Positions 63,143 through 64,000 of a DNA stretch of 64,000 nt are shown here, in pieces. Origin of the DNA: Octopus sinensis. Taxonomy: Eukaryota. The position numbers were made by a program, and so were the translations under genes. The notes under the pieces were generated by a model. The model was not told where the DNA came from and searched no databases. It saw only the letters and a list, made by a program, of their open reading frames with translations. How positions within the stretch are numbered: the stretch's first letter is position 1; each line of letters begins with the position of its first letter. The stretch is taken from assembly GCF_006345805.1 (NCBI RefSeq), contig NC_042998.1, forward strand, positions 58,032,001-58,096,000, in the 5' to 3' direction.

Positions 63143-64000
63143 CAATAATTCCACTAGCCTTGTTTGGTAACAAATAAAAGACTAACATGGTGTGTCTATC
63201 TCGTTTTGAGTTTTGTCGCTAATGCTGTTTTATAAATAATGTAAAAATCAATTCATTTTCAAACACCAAGAAATTAATATTGTCGCGGTTGTACCGTTGA
63301 GAAGAGGCTATTCTGTGATTTGGTTTTAATGTCTGTTTGTAGCCATTTCATTTCACTTACATCGCTTATGTTATTGCGTTTTTGACAAATATATAAGCGT
63401 CCAAACTTCTCCCTTGTTTTATATACCTGGATCGTTAATGGTTATTTAATAATTTATTAACGTTAGAATGCATCGGTTTCCTGTAAGATTTGATCTCAGA
63501 AATGTAATTTAACAAACCTCTCTCGTTCATAATGTTACAGTTTAATGTCCAGCCTCATAAATCCAGTTAAATATATTGTAAAATGCTGTTCAACGTAATA
63601 AAACTGAGCTGAATTACAGAATCTAATCAATATGGAATAAAAATAATTTTCGCTGGCTGTTATTATCTGTCAAGGATTGGATAATAAATCATTGACCGAA
63701 CATTTAGTTAGAAATCACAAATATCCTAAACGAACGTAGCGTTATTTTGTGAGTGTATGCTTAAAGAGTTCGGTGTATAGCGGATAGTAAATTGTAATTA
63801 AGATTAAAACATAAATTGATATAATTTCCAATGCAGTAGATTGAATAAGTTATGATGAAAAATTACCAAACAGAGGTCACATTGAAATCATCTAACATAT
63901 TATATATTCTGAATAATAGAACGTTTAAGAACATTCGAAAGCAGAATAAAATAACTAAAATAAGAAAACACAAATGTAAGTTTTAAGTTAAATAAGTGAA

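Overview
Eukaryotic, AT-rich, microsatellite-dense DNA with no prokaryotic features (no operons, rRNA, true tRNA or CRISPR). The SINE families resemble the tRNA-derived SINEs I recall from octopus genomes, so this is most likely intergenic or intronic coleoid cephalopod (Octopus) DNA. The window is dominated by decayed mobile elements. There are four tRNA-headed SINE groups, labelled here A, B, C and N (N carries a Deu/Nin-type domain). There are 5'-truncated LINEs of the Tx1/L1, R4/Dong (restriction-like endonuclease), CR1 and RTE clades, DNA-transposon relics (Merlin-like foldback, mariner MITE, Chapaev3-like, hAT end), a Helitron-like element and a Penelope-type terminus with a degenerate hammerhead ribozyme. 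Only a few isolated candidate exons of an unidentified, possibly ARM/HEAT-repeat, gene are visible. Most ORFs in the supplied track are microsatellite or chance artefacts. The most interesting signals are: (1) a Tx1-clade LINE inserted in tandem into (TCTA)n whose last 41 nt match the tail of the N-family SINE at 35/41, a candidate LINE-SINE partner pair; (2) a Merlin-like TIR element carrying a (TTAGGG)n-like array; (3) two R4/Dong LINEs stacked in (TAA)n, one with a 27-bp copy of nearby DNA at its 5' junction; (4) a general pattern of retroelements landing in microsatellites. Family assignments come from recalled motifs; no database search was run.
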